Below are positions 52,904-63,162 of a stretch of DNA of 64,000 bases, piece by piece. Origin of the DNA: Myxococcota bacterium (GTDB lineage: Bacteria; Myxococcota_A; UBA9042; PHBI01; JAWLBL01); contig JAWLBL010000030.1 in NCBI GenBank assembly GCA_041687695.1, forward strand, positions 1-64,000. Reading direction: 5' to 3'. The first letter of the stretch is position 1. Every line of letters begins with the position of its first letter. The notes under the pieces were generated by a model, which saw nothing but the letters and a program-made list of their open reading frames with translations, searched no databases and was not told where the DNA came from. The translations under genes were made by a program, and so were the position numbers.

Positions 52904-53838
52904 ACCCGCGCCCCGCCCGGATCGACCGCCCCGACCAGCCGCAGGCTCCCGTGCCCCGCCGCCGCGAAGGCCGCCACCATCGCGTCCGCCGCCGCCTCGG
53001 CCACCGCGCGCGCGCCCGCCAGCGCGAACACCGTCGGCCCCGACCCCGAGATCCCGCCGCCGACCGCCCCGGCCGCCACCGCCGCGGCCAGCGCCTGGTC
53101 GTACGCCGGGATGAGCCCCTTGCGGTACGGCGTCGCCAGCCGGTCCTCGAGGCACCGCCCGACCAGCGCCAGGTCGCCCTTGGCCAGCCCGGCCACCAGC
53201 CCGGCCGTCGCCCCTACGTTGGCGATGGCGTCCCCCAGCCCCACCTCGCGCGGCAGCACCCGCCGCGCGTCGGCCGTGCGCACCTCGACGTCCGGCTTGA
53301 CCGTCGCCACGAACAGCGGCGCCGCGCAGGGCAGGGTGACCACCTCGATCGCGCCGCCGGCCCTCGGCAGGCAGGCCACGATCCCACCCAACAGCGCCGG
53401 CGCCACGTTGTCCGGATGCGGCGACCCCGTCGCCAGCCGCTCGCCCTCGCGGCAGGCGTCCAGCAGCGCCGCTCGCGGCACCTCCGGGCACGCCAGCGCC
53501 GCCGTCGCCACCACCGCCGCCACCGCCGACGCGGCCGAGCTGCCCAGCCCCGACCCCAGCGGCAGCCCCTTGGTCAGCCACAGCCGCACCCCGGTGCGCC
53601 CGTCACCGAAGGCGTCCAGCACGGCCTGCGCCGCCACGGTCGCGCAGTTGCGGTGCGACGCGCGCGGCAGGCGCCCGCCGTCGCCCTCGACCCCGCCCAG
53701 GGTCGCCCGCCCGTCGGCCGTCGCCTCGGCCACGACGACGTCGCGCGGCCCCTCGAGGCACAGCCCCAGCACGTCGAAGCCCGGCCCCAGGTTGGCGACC
53801 GTCGCCGCCGCCGACGCCCGCACGCGCCGGCCCGTCAC
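52888..53838 (-). CDS. thrB: homoserine kinase
   Basis: ATVANLGPGFDVLG, PLGSGLGSSAAS, HPDNVAP and ISGSGPT. Confidence 0.93.
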   Translation of the reverse strand: MTGRRVRASAAATVANLGPGFDVLGLCLEGPRDVVVAEATADGRATLGGVEGDGGRLPRASHRNCATVAAQAVLDAFGDGRTGVRLWLTKGLPLGSGLGSSAASAVAAVVATAALACPEVPRAALLDACREGERLATGSPHPDNVAPALLGGIVACLPRAGGAIEVVTLPCAAPLFVATVKPDVEVRTADARRVLPREVGLGDAIANVGATAGLVAGLAKGDLALVGRCLEDRLATPYRKGLIPAYDQALAAAVAAGAVGGGISGSGPTVFALAGARAVAEAAADAMVAAFAAAGHGSLRLVGAVDPGGARVQAET

Positions 53839-54182
53839 GACAGGTCCTCCAGCCCCGGCAGATCGCTCGGCGCGACCACGACCCTGCCGTCGGGGCCGGC
53901 GTTCTCGAGCACCAACACCTCCTGCCCGCGCACCATCGGCTCGGCGGCCTCGTCGAGCCGCGCCGGCAGGACGCGCGTCACTCCGGCCCGGTCGGTCAGG
54001 CGCACCCGCCCGTCCGCCTCGTCCAGCCGGTCGCTGGCGACGACGCCCGTGCACCCGGCCACGTCCTGCGCCAGCAGCGCCTGGGTGCGCTGGTCGCCCT
54101 CGACGCGCGTCTGGCGGCTGCGCCAGAACAGGTAGACGCCCACGACCAGCGCGATGACGACGATGAGCTCGACGATCCCCAT
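53835..54182 (-). CDS. small membrane-anchored NfeD/YqiJ-like OB-fold protein
   Basis: N-terminal TM followed by G-x-T-G-V-V...GRV...RGQEVLV. Confidence 0.55.
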   Translation of the reverse strand: MGIVELIVVIALVVGVYLFWRSRQTRVEGDQRTQALLAQDVAGCTGVVASDRLDEADGRVRLTDRAGVTRVLPARLDEAAEPMVRGQEVLVLENAGPDGRVVVAPSDLPGLEDLS

Positions 54183-54289
54183 GACCGGGGACGATCCGTG
54201 AGATCGCGGGCCGTGTCCATAGTTGACACCGCCCGAGCCACCTAAGTATACGGGCGCACCCCCCGGCCCCCCGACGTCAGGAGCGCGCC

Positions 54290-55024
54290 GTGTCCCAGCA
54301 GCCCGATCAGCCCGTCGCCTCGATCGTCATCCCGGTCTACAACGAAGAGGCCCTGCTCGAGACCGCCATCAACGACCTCGTCGTGCGCCTCGGCGAGCAG
54401 CTGCCCGAGCTGACCTACGAGATCCTCATCACCGAGAACGGCTCGACCGACGACACGCTCGAGATCGCCTACCGCCTCGAGCGGCAGTACGACACCGTCC
54501 GCGTCCTGCACAGCCCGGAGCCGAACTACGGGCGCGCCCTGCGCCGCGGCATGCTCGAGGCGCGCGGCACCTACGTCCTGTGCGACGAGATCGACATCTG
54601 CGACGTCGACTTCCACAAGCGCGCCCTCAGCATCCTCACCGCCAACCAGGCGGACATGGTGGTCGGCTCCAAGGCCCACAAGGACGCCCAGGACCAGCGC
54701 CCGCTCGTGCGCCGCGCCGGCACCATGGTCATCAACGGCATGCTGCGCGTGGCCCTGGGCTTCCAGGGCACCGACACCCACGGCCTCAAGGCCTTCCACC
54801 GCGAGCGCCTGCTCCCGGTCGTCAGCCGCTGCATCGTCGACAAGGATCTCTTCACCAGCGAGTTCGTGATCCGCGCCGAGCGGGACAAGTACCGCATCCT
54901 CGAGATCCCCATCGTCATCCACGAAAAGCGCCCGCCCAGCATCAACCTCGCCAAGCGCGTCCCGCACGTCTTGAAGAGCCTGGCGCGCCTGACCTGGGCC
55001 ATCCGCTTCAAGGGCCAGGGCTGA
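54290..55024 (+). CDS. glycosyltransferase family 2
   Basis: SIVIPVYNEE, ENGSTDDT, DEID and DTHGLK. Confidence 0.88.
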   Translation: MSQQPDQPVASIVIPVYNEEALLETAINDLVVRLGEQLPELTYEILITENGSTDDTLEIAYRLERQYDTVRVLHSPEPNYGRALRRGMLEARGTYVLCDEIDICDVDFHKRALSILTANQADMVVGSKAHKDAQDQRPLVRRAGTMVINGMLRVALGFQGTDTHGLKAFHRERLLPVVSRCIVDKDLFTSEFVIRAERDKYRILEIPIVIHEKRPPSINLAKRVPHVLKSLARLTWAIRFKGQG

Positions 55025-55028
55025 GGCC

Positions 55029-55931
55029 GTGTCCTGGCGCGCCGCCGCGGTCAACGTCGACGTCGACAGCCTGTACCTGTACTACCGGCTGCACGGGCTC
55101 GACGAGGCGCGCGCCACCAACGCCGTCTGGGAGCGCGGGGTCACCCGCTTCGCCGAGCTGTTCGCCGAGCTGGGCGTCAAGGCGACCTTCTTCGTGGTCG
55201 CCGCCGACCTCGAGCGCTGGCCCGCCGCCGCCTCCCTGGCCCGCCAGCTGGCCGCCGACGGCCACGAGCTGGCCAGCCACACCTGGTCGCACCCCTACGC
55301 CCTGACCCGCCTCGACCGCGCCGGTGTCGCCGAAGAGGTCGACAAGGCCGCGGCCGCGCTCGCCGAGGTCCGCGGCACGCCCATCACGGGCTTTCGCGCC
55401 CCCGGCTACAACATGACCGACGCCGTCTTCGACGTGCTCGGCGAGCGCGGCTACGCCTACAGCAGCTCGGTCTTCCCGTGCCCGCCCTACTACCTGGCCA
55501 AGCTGGCCGTGCTGGCCAAGATGAAGGTCCTGGGCCAGACCAGCCAGGCCATCATGGGCGAGCCCAGCGTCCTGTGGGCGCCGCGCGGGCCGCACCGCCG
55601 CCGCGGCGTGCTCGAGCTGCCCATCACCGTCCTACCCGGGCTGCGCTTGCCCTTCATCGGCACCAGCCTGCTGATGATGGGCCAGCGCGGCTACGGCCTG
55701 ACCCGGCCATGGCTCGACCGGGTCGACTTCGTGAACCTCGAGTTCCACGGCATCGACCTGTGCGACCTGCAGGCCGACGGCATCGACCCGGCGCTGCTCA
55801 AGCAGCCCGATCTGCGGGTGCCGCTGGCCGACAAGCTGGCCCTGTTCCGGCGGGTCATCGGCGATCTGCGGGACGGCTGGGGCGTCCAGACGCTCGAGGC
55901 GCTGGCCCCCCGATACGCGGCCGCGGCATGA
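55029..55931 (+). CDS. polysaccharide deacetylase family protein
   Basis: VDVD, KATFFVV, HELASHTWSH and GFRAPG. Confidence 0.88.
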   Translation: MSWRAAAVNVDVDSLYLYYRLHGLDEARATNAVWERGVTRFAELFAELGVKATFFVVAADLERWPAAASLARQLAADGHELASHTWSHPYALTRLDRAGVAEEVDKAAAALAEVRGTPITGFRAPGYNMTDAVFDVLGERGYAYSSSVFPCPPYYLAKLAVLAKMKVLGQTSQAIMGEPSVLWAPRGPHRRRGVLELPITVLPGLRLPFIGTSLLMMGQRGYGLTRPWLDRVDFVNLEFHGIDLCDLQADGIDPALLKQPDLRVPLADKLALFRRVIGDLRDGWGVQTLEALAPRYAAAA

Positions 55932-56058
55932 CCGGGGCCCCCGCGCGGACGGCCCGCCAGGTTGTCCTTTCGCATCGCGTTGTTATGACTGATGGCGAGC
56001 GCGTGGCCCCGTGGCCGCGTCCCCGTCCGCCCCAGCCTCACGCGAGCGCGAAGTCACC

Positions 56059-57639
56059 ATGAGAGCCAAGGCCCCCTCCGGCGGCCCCGAGCGGCGCCTG
56101 ACCCGCCGCGAGCGCGACCGGGACCGCGCCAAGCACCAGACCGCCGACCCGCAGGCCGTCCGCAAGCGCCTGCTCGCCGCCGAGACCGGCACCATCGTCC
56201 GCGACGCCCCGCTGCGCATCGGCCTCGCCTACCCGAACCCGTACCACACGGCGATGAGCTCGCTCGGCTACCAGGTCATCTACCGGATGATGAACGGCCG
56301 GCAGCCCATCTCGGCCGAGCGCGTGGTCCTGCCCGACGACGTCGCCCACCACCGCCAGCGCGGCTGGGCGCCCATCTCGCTCGAGACCGGCCGCCCGCTG
56401 GCCAGCTTCGACGTGCTGGCCTTCTCGGTCACCTGGGACCTCGACATCCTGGGCTTCTTCGATCTGCTCGACCTCGCCGGCGTCCCGCTGCTGCGCGAGC
56501 AGCGCGGCGACCACCACCCGCCCATCCTGCTGGGCGGCCCCATCACCGCCTCGAACGTCCTGCCCTTCGGGCCGTTCATCGACCTGGCGGTCATCGGCGA
56601 CGGCGAGGTGGCCGTCTCGGCCCTGATGGATCTGCTCGAGACGGTGCGCGACCGCGACGAGCTGAAGCAGCGCGCGTCGGCCATCCCCGGCGTCTGGGTC
56701 CCCGAGCTCCACGGCGACGCCATCCCGCCGACCCAGAAGGTCACCGTCGGCCACCTGCCCGCGGTCGGGCAGATCGTGACGCCGAACACCGAGCTGTCGA
56801 ACATGTTCTTGCTCGAGGCCAGCCGCGGCTGCCCTCGCTTTTGTAAGTTCTGCGTGGTGCGTGCGCCCGAGAGCCCGATGCGCGAGCCCGAGCTGGACGA
56901 GGTCCTGAGCCACGTCCCCGAGCACGCGCCGCGCGTCGGCTTCGTGGGCGCGGCGGTCAGCGAGTGGGGCGGCATCCGCGAGGCGCTGCGCCGCGTGGTC
57001 GAGATGGGCAAGGGCGTGGGCGTGTCCAGCCTGCGCGCCGACCGCCTGGACGCCGACTTCGTGGGGCTGCTGGCGCGGGGCGGCTACCGGACCATGACGG
57101 TCGCCTCGGACGCGCCCAGCCAACGCCTGCGCGGCAAGCTGGCCAAGGGCATCCGCACGCGGCACCTGGTCGAGGCGGCGCGGCTGGCCAAAGACGCCGG
57201 CATGACGCGCCTGAAGATGTACGTCATCGTCGGCCTGCCCGACGAGCGCGACGAGGACATCGACGAGCTGATCGTGCTGAGCCAGGAGCTGAGCGAGATC
57301 CTGCCCGTCGCGCTGGGGCTGTCGCCGCTGGTGCCCAAGCTGCACACGCCGCTGGGCGACGCGCCCTTCGCCGGGGTCGCGGCCATCGACCACACCCTCA
57401 AGCGCCTCAAGCGAGAGCTGGGCGGCGTGGCCGAGGTGCGCTCCACGTCGGCCAAGTGGGCCTGGGTCGAGTACCGCATGAGCCAGGGCGCGCAGGACGC
57501 GGGCCTCGCGGCGCTCGAGGCCTGGGAGAACGGCGGCGGCTACCGCGCCTGGGAGAGCGCCCTGGGCGGCGCCGACGAGCGTGGCGCCCTCGACGCCGCG
57601 CGCCGGCACGCCCTGTGGGACGCCTCCGGCATGAAGTAG
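56059..57639 (+). CDS. radical SAM protein with B12-binding-like N-terminal domain
   Basis: YPNPYHTAMSSLG; EASRGCPRFCKFC; SSLRAD. Confidence 0.85.
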   Translation: MRAKAPSGGPERRLTRRERDRDRAKHQTADPQAVRKRLLAAETGTIVRDAPLRIGLAYPNPYHTAMSSLGYQVIYRMMNGRQPISAERVVLPDDVAHHRQRGWAPISLETGRPLASFDVLAFSVTWDLDILGFFDLLDLAGVPLLREQRGDHHPPILLGGPITASNVLPFGPFIDLAVIGDGEVAVSALMDLLETVRDRDELKQRASAIPGVWVPELHGDAIPPTQKVTVGHLPAVGQIVTPNTELSNMFLLEASRGCPRFCKFCVVRAPESPMREPELDEVLSHVPEHAPRVGFVGAAVSEWGGIREALRRVVEMGKGVGVSSLRADRLDADFVGLLARGGYRTMTVASDAPSQRLRGKLAKGIRTRHLVEAARLAKDAGMTRLKMYVIVGLPDERDEDIDELIVLSQELSEILPVALGLSPLVPKLHTPLGDAPFAGVAAIDHTLKRLKRELGGVAEVRSTSAKWAWVEYRMSQGAQDAGLAALEAWENGGGYRAWESALGGADERGALDAARRHALWDASGMK

Positions 57640-57645
57640 CTGGTC

Positions 57646-58749
57646 CTAGTCGGGCACCAGGCCCAGCAGCACGTCGTCCATGAAGCGCAGGCCCTCCTCG
57701 GTCAGCGTCGCCCGCGTCCCGTCCAGGACGACCCGCCCGCGCGCCGCCTCGCGCTCGAGCGCCTCGGCGAAGCGCGGCCAGTCCGCGCCCAGCTCGACCC
57801 CGTCGACCAGCGAGCGCAGGCCGGTCATCACCCGCTCGAAGGCCAGCGTCGCCTCGTCCAGCCGCTCGACCTCGGCCTCGGGCCGCGCGCCTGCCAGCGC
57901 CGCCTCGCGCCACCTGGCCGGCCGCGCGATGTTGCGCCAGCGCACCGGTGGCACGAAGCCGTGCGCGCCGGGGCCCAGCCCCAGGTACGGCCGCCACTGC
58001 CAATAGCCGCTGTTGTGCACCGCGCGGTGGCCCGGCTGGGCGTAGCTCGAGATCTCGTAGTGATCATAGCCGGCCCAGCGCAGCACGCGCCGCGCCGTGA
58101 ACAGCATCTCGGCCTGCGCCGCGTCGTCGGGGACCACCACCCGCCCGCGCTCGACGAAGCGCGCCAGGGTGGTGCGCGGCTCGACCGTCAGCGCGTACAC
58201 CGACAGGTGCGGCGCGCCCAGGCCGGCGATGCGCTCCAGATCGGCCTCCCACGCGGCCGGCGTCTGCCCCGGCAGCCCGAAGATGAAGTCCAGGCTGTAG
58301 GACCGGAAGCCGCCCTCCGCGACCAGCGCGATGGCCTCCAGGGCGCGCTCGACGCCGTGCTGGCGCTCGATCCGCGTCAGCAGCTCGTCGTGCAGCGCCT
58401 GCACCCCCAGCGACACCCGGCTGATGCCCATCCGCCGCCACGCCGCCACCCGCTCGGCCGTCACCTCGGCCGGGTTGGCCTCCAGCGTGACCTCGGCGTC
58501 CGGCTCGAGCCCCGGCGCCCGCCGCACCGCCTCGACGACCCGCGCCAGCTCGTCCGGAGCCCACAGGCTGGGCGTGCCGCCCCCGAAGTACAGGCTGCGC
58601 GTTGGCGCCCCCAGATCCCCAGCCCGCGTCGCCAGCTCGGCCAGCAGCGCGTCCGTGAAGGCCCGCTGCGGGATGCGACGCGGCGTCACCACGTTGAAGT
58701 CGCAGTACGAGCAGTGGTGGACGCAGTAGGGGAAGTGGACGTAGATCAT
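57646..58749 (-). CDS. hemW: radical SAM heme chaperone
   Basis: YVHFPYCVHHCSYCDF, GGGTPS, EANP, YEISSY and HNSGYW. Confidence 0.9.
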   Translation of the reverse strand: MIYVHFPYCVHHCSYCDFNVVTPRRIPQRAFTDALLAELATRAGDLGAPTRSLYFGGGTPSLWAPDELARVVEAVRRAPGLEPDAEVTLEANPAEVTAERVAAWRRMGISRVSLGVQALHDELLTRIERQHGVERALEAIALVAEGGFRSYSLDFIFGLPGQTPAAWEADLERIAGLGAPHLSVYALTVEPRTTLARFVERGRVVVPDDAAQAEMLFTARRVLRWAGYDHYEISSYAQPGHRAVHNSGYWQWRPYLGLGPGAHGFVPPVRWRNIARPARWREAALAGARPEAEVERLDEATLAFERVMTGLRSLVDGVELGADWPRFAEALEREAARGRVVLDGTRATLTEEGLRFMDDVLLGLVPD

Positions 58750-58752
58750 CCG

Positions 58753-60123
58753 CTAGCGGGTGTACACCTCGACCGTCTCGGGCAAGAGCCCCTCGTCGAA
58801 GGGCCGGTCGAAGCTGGGCCCCTCCACGCCGAAGATGCGCTCGGGCACGCCCTTGACGATGTCGACCACCACCAGCGACGACGGCTGCCGGAAGTCGCTG
58901 CCCGACAGGCGCCCGCCCGGCTCGGCCACCGCGCCCACGCTGACCACCGGCAGCGCGCCGTAGCGGCCCTTGAAGTAGACCCGGTAGCCGGCGCTGAACA
59001 GGGCCGTCACCCGCCCGCGCAGCAGCAGCTCGTAGATGCGGAACTTCTTGTCCAGCGTGCCGACGTGCTCGTCGCCGAACTTGTGCAGCGGCAGGTACGA
59101 CAGGACGAAGCGCGCCTCGTAGACCCGCGCCGCGGCCAGCTCGCTCTGCATCCACTTCAGCGCGTCCTCGGTCACGCCCTCGGTCTGGCCGGGCGACAGC
59201 ACCAGGAAGTAGGCGCCCTTGTAGGTGAAGCTGTAGCGCTCGGGGTAGTGCCGCCCGTCGATGATCTGCAGATCCGGAGTTTTGGCGCGCGCGCCCTCGG
59301 CCAGATCGGTCGGCGACGCGCCGAAGGCCACCGGCACCCCCAGCGCCAGCAGCGGCCGCTCGATGGCGTCGCGGATGGCCGACCAGCCGCTCTCGCCCGC
59401 GCCGCGCCCGACCAGGCCGCCGAGGTGGATGACCAGGTCCGGGCCCAACGTGTCGTCCAGCGCCCTGACCGCCGCGCCGATCTCCTTGGGCACCCCGCCC
59501 GAGGCCGCGGAGTCGGCCAGCACCGCGAACCGGAAGCTGGTCGCGTCGGGCTCGGGCCGCGCCGGCAGCTGCCCGGTCGCCAGCGCCGGGTCGTCCTCGG
59601 CCAGCCCCGACGTCACCGGCAGCCGCTCGAGCGGCACCGTGCGCGTCGCCGTGTACTCCCAGTCGCCGTCGGTCAGCGTCAGGGTGACGACCTGGTCCGC
59701 CTGCCCGCCGTGGAAGGTGTGCGAGACGTTGCAGCCGTGCTCGACCGGGCTGCCGTCGCCGAAGTTCCACCGGCAGGCCACCGTCTCGTGGCCCGCGGGC
59801 GCCGTGTCCAGCCGGAAGTGCACCGCCGTCGACCGGTAGACCTGCAGCTCGCCGGGCGTGAAGCTCCAGGTCAGCCCGATCTGCGCGTCGGCGGCCGCCG
59901 ACCCGTCGTCCGGCGGGCCCTCTCCGGGCTCGGCCTCGCGCGCGACCACCAGGCTCGGCGGGTTCACGACGCCGTGCGCGTCCAGCCGTGGCCGCAGCGG
60001 GCGCAGGGCCGCCGCGGTCGCGTCGTCGCGCACGATCAGGTCGTCGCCCTCGCAGGCGGTCAGCGCGGCCAGCGCGAGGGTCGCCAGGGCCAACGGGCGG
60101 AAGCTGAGGCGGTTGGGTCTCAC
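58753..60123 (-). CDS. lipoprotein with PKD domain and degenerate metallophosphoesterase domain
   Basis: Lipobox LTAC; WNFGDG; FRFAVLADS and PDLVIHLGG. Confidence 0.7.
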   Translation of the reverse strand: MRPNRLSFRPLALATLALAALTACEGDDLIVRDDATAAALRPLRPRLDAHGVVNPPSLVVAREAEPGEGPPDDGSAAADAQIGLTWSFTPGELQVYRSTAVHFRLDTAPAGHETVACRWNFGDGSPVEHGCNVSHTFHGGQADQVVTLTLTDGDWEYTATRTVPLERLPVTSGLAEDDPALATGQLPARPEPDATSFRFAVLADSAASGGVPKEIGAAVRALDDTLGPDLVIHLGGLVGRGAGESGWSAIRDAIERPLLALGVPVAFGASPTDLAEGARAKTPDLQIIDGRHYPERYSFTYKGAYFLVLSPGQTEGVTEDALKWMQSELAAARVYEARFVLSYLPLHKFGDEHVGTLDKKFRIYELLLRGRVTALFSAGYRVYFKGRYGALPVVSVGAVAEPGGRLSGSDFRQPSSLVVVDIVKGVPERIFGVEGPSFDRPFDEGLLPETVEVYTR

Positions 60124-61124
60124 GGCCGCGAGCCTAGGTCCGGCGGGGGAGGGTGGCAACTTTCGGCGAAGTGGGTGAACGGCCGCGCCTGCGGGGTGAC
60201 CCGGGTTCCGTCGCGCCACCACGCGACCCGCTCGCCGGCCGGATCGGCGGCGCGGGCCCGGCCCAGCGTCACGAAGCCGCGCTGCACGAACAGCGCCTCG
60301 CGCTCGGGCGGCACCATCACCAGCAGCCCGTAGTCCTCGCCGCCGGCCGCGCGCACCTCGGCGTCCACCCCGGCCAGCGCCTCGTCCGCGGGCAGGCGCC
60401 CCAGCTCGAGATCCAGCGTCACCCCGCTGGCCGCCGCCAGCCGCGGCGCGTCCGTCAGCAGCCCGTCCGACAGATCCATCCCCGCCGTCGCCCCGTGCTC
60501 CAGCGCCCACGGCCCGGCCGTCTCGTCCGGCTCCGGCCGCAGCTGCCACCGCAGGCACGGGTCCACGTCCGGCTCGCCGTCCTCGGCCCAGCCCTCGCGC
60601 CCGGACCGCGCCAACCAGCGCTCCAGCCCGACCCCAGCGCGCCCCACGGGCCCCAGCGCCATCACCAGGTCGCCCGCCCGCCCGCCGGCCCGCGTCAGCA
60701 AGCGCTCGCCCGCCGCCGCCCCCCACGCCGTCACCGACAGCATCAGCGGCCCCGGGCTGCGCACCGTGTCGCCGCCCACCACCCGCACGCCATAGCGCCG
60801 CGCGCACGCACCCAGCCCCCGGCAAAGCGCCAGCCAGTACGCCCGCGGCAGGTCCTCGGGCAGCGCCACCGTCAGCAGGAACCCCTCGGGCCGCGCGCCC
60901 ATCGCCGCTACGTCCGACACGTTGACCGCCAGCAGCTTCCAGCCCAGCCACGCCGGCGGATGCCCCCGCAGGAAGTGCACGCCCTCGACCATCGCGTCGG
61001 TCGTGACGACCCGCCGTCCGCGGGTCTCGCCCATCGCCGCCGCGTCGTCGCCCGCCCCAAAGACCCCCGAGACCGCCGGCACCGCCGCCAGCACGTCCGC
61101 GATGCGCGCCTCCTCGCCGCTCAC
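60120..61124 (-). CDS. thiL: thiamine-monophosphate kinase
   Basis: GDDAA, TDAMVEGVHF, NVSDVAAMG, GGDT, MDLSDGL and GGEDY. Confidence 0.92.
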   Translation of the reverse strand: MSGEEARIADVLAAVPAVSGVFGAGDDAAAMGETRGRRVVTTDAMVEGVHFLRGHPPAWLGWKLLAVNVSDVAAMGARPEGFLLTVALPEDLPRAYWLALCRGLGACARRYGVRVVGGDTVRSPGPLMLSVTAWGAAAGERLLTRAGGRAGDLVMALGPVGRAGVGLERWLARSGREGWAEDGEPDVDPCLRWQLRPEPDETAGPWALEHGATAGMDLSDGLLTDAPRLAAASGVTLDLELGRLPADEALAGVDAEVRAAGGEDYGLLVMVPPEREALFVQRGFVTLGRARAADPAGERVAWWRDGTRVTPQARPFTHFAESCHPPPPDLGSRP

Positions 61125-61134
61125 GGGCGCCCGC

Positions 61135-63162
61135 TCACCGCGGCCCGTCCGGTCCGACCGGCCGCCGCATCGCCGCCTCCTCGTCCTCGCTCAGCCGCGC
61201 GCGCAGCTCGTCGCCGTGCACCGTCAGCAGCTTCGGCCGCCGCACCACCTGCCCGCTCTCCAGCACGCTCAGCAGCCCGGTCGCCCCCTCCAGGTTCCTG
61301 ACGCCCTTGAGCGCCGCCAGCACCTCGGCCCGGCGCGCCGCTTGGTTCCCCTCCGGCGCCACCAGCGCTCGCGCGATCAGCGCCGCCGCGTCGTGCGCCT
61401 CGGCGTGGAACGCGAAGGGCTTGCGCTTGTAGCGCGTGAAGAACGCCCGCGCGAACCGGTCGCCCCGCGGCTCGTCCGGATCGTGGAAGAAGGGCGCGAC
61501 GAAGACCGCGTTCTCGGTCAGCCGCTGCGCCACGTCGATGACCACCGGGTCGTTCCACCCGGAAGACCCCAGCATCTGCAGCGCCGGCCGTTTGGATGTC
61601 CCGGTCAGCTCGGGCGAGGTCTTCACCAAAAGGCCCCAGCTGGCCAAAAACGGCAGCACCCGCTTCACGTCCCGTGCCTCGTCGGGCACGAACACCGCCT
61701 CGAAGTCGACCACCCCGCGCCCCGGCCGGGTCGCCGCGACGAGCCGCCCCACCGCCTTGCGCACCTCCTGCCCGTCCTTGCCGTAGGCCTCGACCGCCCG
61801 CACCTCGCCGCCGAGCCGCACGATCTCCTCGAAGAACGCCGCCATCGACGTCTCGCCCAGCGTCCCCTCGGGGTACAGGATGCCGACCCGCTGCACGCCC
61901 ATGTTGGTCACCGCATAGCGCGCCACCGCGGCCGCCTGCTCCTCGGGTGACAGCCGCGTCCGGAACACCCACGGCTTGCCCACGCCGACCTCGTGCGCGC
62001 TCGTCAGCAGCACGTGCGGCACCCCGAAGCGCTGCGTCACCTCGGCCACCGCCGCCGACTCCAGGTGCCCCACCGGCCCCAGCATCGCCGCCACGTGCCC
62101 CTCGAGCACCAGCGACTCGGCCTGCCGCGCCGCCTCGGCCGCGTCCCCCTTGGTGTCGCGCACGATCAGCTTCAGCCCCGAGTCGGCCCCGATCGCCAGC
62201 TGCAGCCCCTCGAGCGCGGCCCGCCCGATGCCCTCGTGCGGCCCCGACAGCGGCAGCAGCACCCCCAGCGTCCGCGGCTCGACCTGCCGCCAGGCCGCCA
62301 GCTGGGCCAGCAACGCCTCCGCCTCGGCCCGCTCCGCCGGATCCCGCGTCTCGGCCCGCACGGCCACCGCCGCCGCCTCGGCCGCCTCCATCTCGCCGGC
62401 CTGCCACCGCTCGCGCGCCACCTTCAGCGCCACCCAGGCCTTCCACGGGTTGCCGTCCGGGAGCCGCCCGTACAGCGCCTCCAGCACCTCGCCGGTCAGC
62501 ACCGGCTCGACCAGCTGCTCGAGGCGCTCGCTCACCGCCTCGGGCGTCGCTCCGGGCGCCGCGGGCGCCAGCGCCTCCGTCGCCTGCTCGGTCTCGCCGC
62601 TCAGAAACAGCGCCCGCGCGGCCCCCTCGGCGGCCTCCGCCGGCTCGTCCGAGTCGCCCAGCCCCAGCCAGATCCGCGCCGCCTCGTCCCATCGGCGCTG
62701 CCCCTCGTAGGCCAGCGCCCTCGCCCTGAATCCTCGATAGCGCCAGGCGTCGTCGGCGGGCTCCGCGTCGGCGGCCGGGATCCCCGCCGGCCCCTCGACC
62801 CAGGCCTCGGCCTCGGCCCACGCGCCGTGCGCGATCGCGTGCTCCGCCAGACGCACTCGCGCCCGCGCCGCCTCGGGCGTCCCGGGCGCCTCGCGGACCA
62901 GCCGCCGCAGGACGCGTCGCCCCTCGAACGGCCGCCCCTCCGCCTCCAGCGACGCCGCCTCCGTCCACATCGCCTCGGTCTCGGGTGTGCTCGCAGGCCG
63001 CTCGGGGAACGTCGGCGACGGCGGCACGTCCGTCACCTTGGCCGGACGGTCCACCGCGGGTGTCGGCGTCGGCCCGGGCGGCGGATCGCTGGGACGCACG
63101 ATCGGCGCGGGCCCGCAGCCTGCGACCATCACGACCATCGCGAGCAGGCAGGTTCTAAGCAT
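61135..63162 (-). CDS. LpoA/LppC-like penicillin-binding protein activator lipoprotein
   Basis: Lipobox VAGC; TPR-like N-terminus; GVLLPLSG...EGATG periplasmic-binding fold. Confidence 0.8.
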   Translation of the reverse strand: MLRTCLLAMVVMVAGCGPAPIVRPSDPPPGPTPTPAVDRPAKVTDVPPSPTFPERPASTPETEAMWTEAASLEAEGRPFEGRRVLRRLVREAPGTPEAARARVRLAEHAIAHGAWAEAEAWVEGPAGIPAADAEPADDAWRYRGFRARALAYEGQRRWDEAARIWLGLGDSDEPAEAAEGAARALFLSGETEQATEALAPAAPGATPEAVSERLEQLVEPVLTGEVLEALYGRLPDGNPWKAWVALKVARERWQAGEMEAAEAAAVAVRAETRDPAERAEAEALLAQLAAWRQVEPRTLGVLLPLSGPHEGIGRAALEGLQLAIGADSGLKLIVRDTKGDAAEAARQAESLVLEGHVAAMLGPVGHLESAAVAEVTQRFGVPHVLLTSAHEVGVGKPWVFRTRLSPEEQAAAVARYAVTNMGVQRVGILYPEGTLGETSMAAFFEEIVRLGGEVRAVEAYGKDGQEVRKAVGRLVAATRPGRGVVDFEAVFVPDEARDVKRVLPFLASWGLLVKTSPELTGTSKRPALQMLGSSGWNDPVVIDVAQRLTENAVFVAPFFHDPDEPRGDRFARAFFTRYKRKPFAFHAEAHDAAALIARALVAPEGNQAARRAEVLAALKGVRNLEGATGLLSVLESGQVVRRPKLLTVHGDELRARLSEDEEAAMRRPVGPDGPR

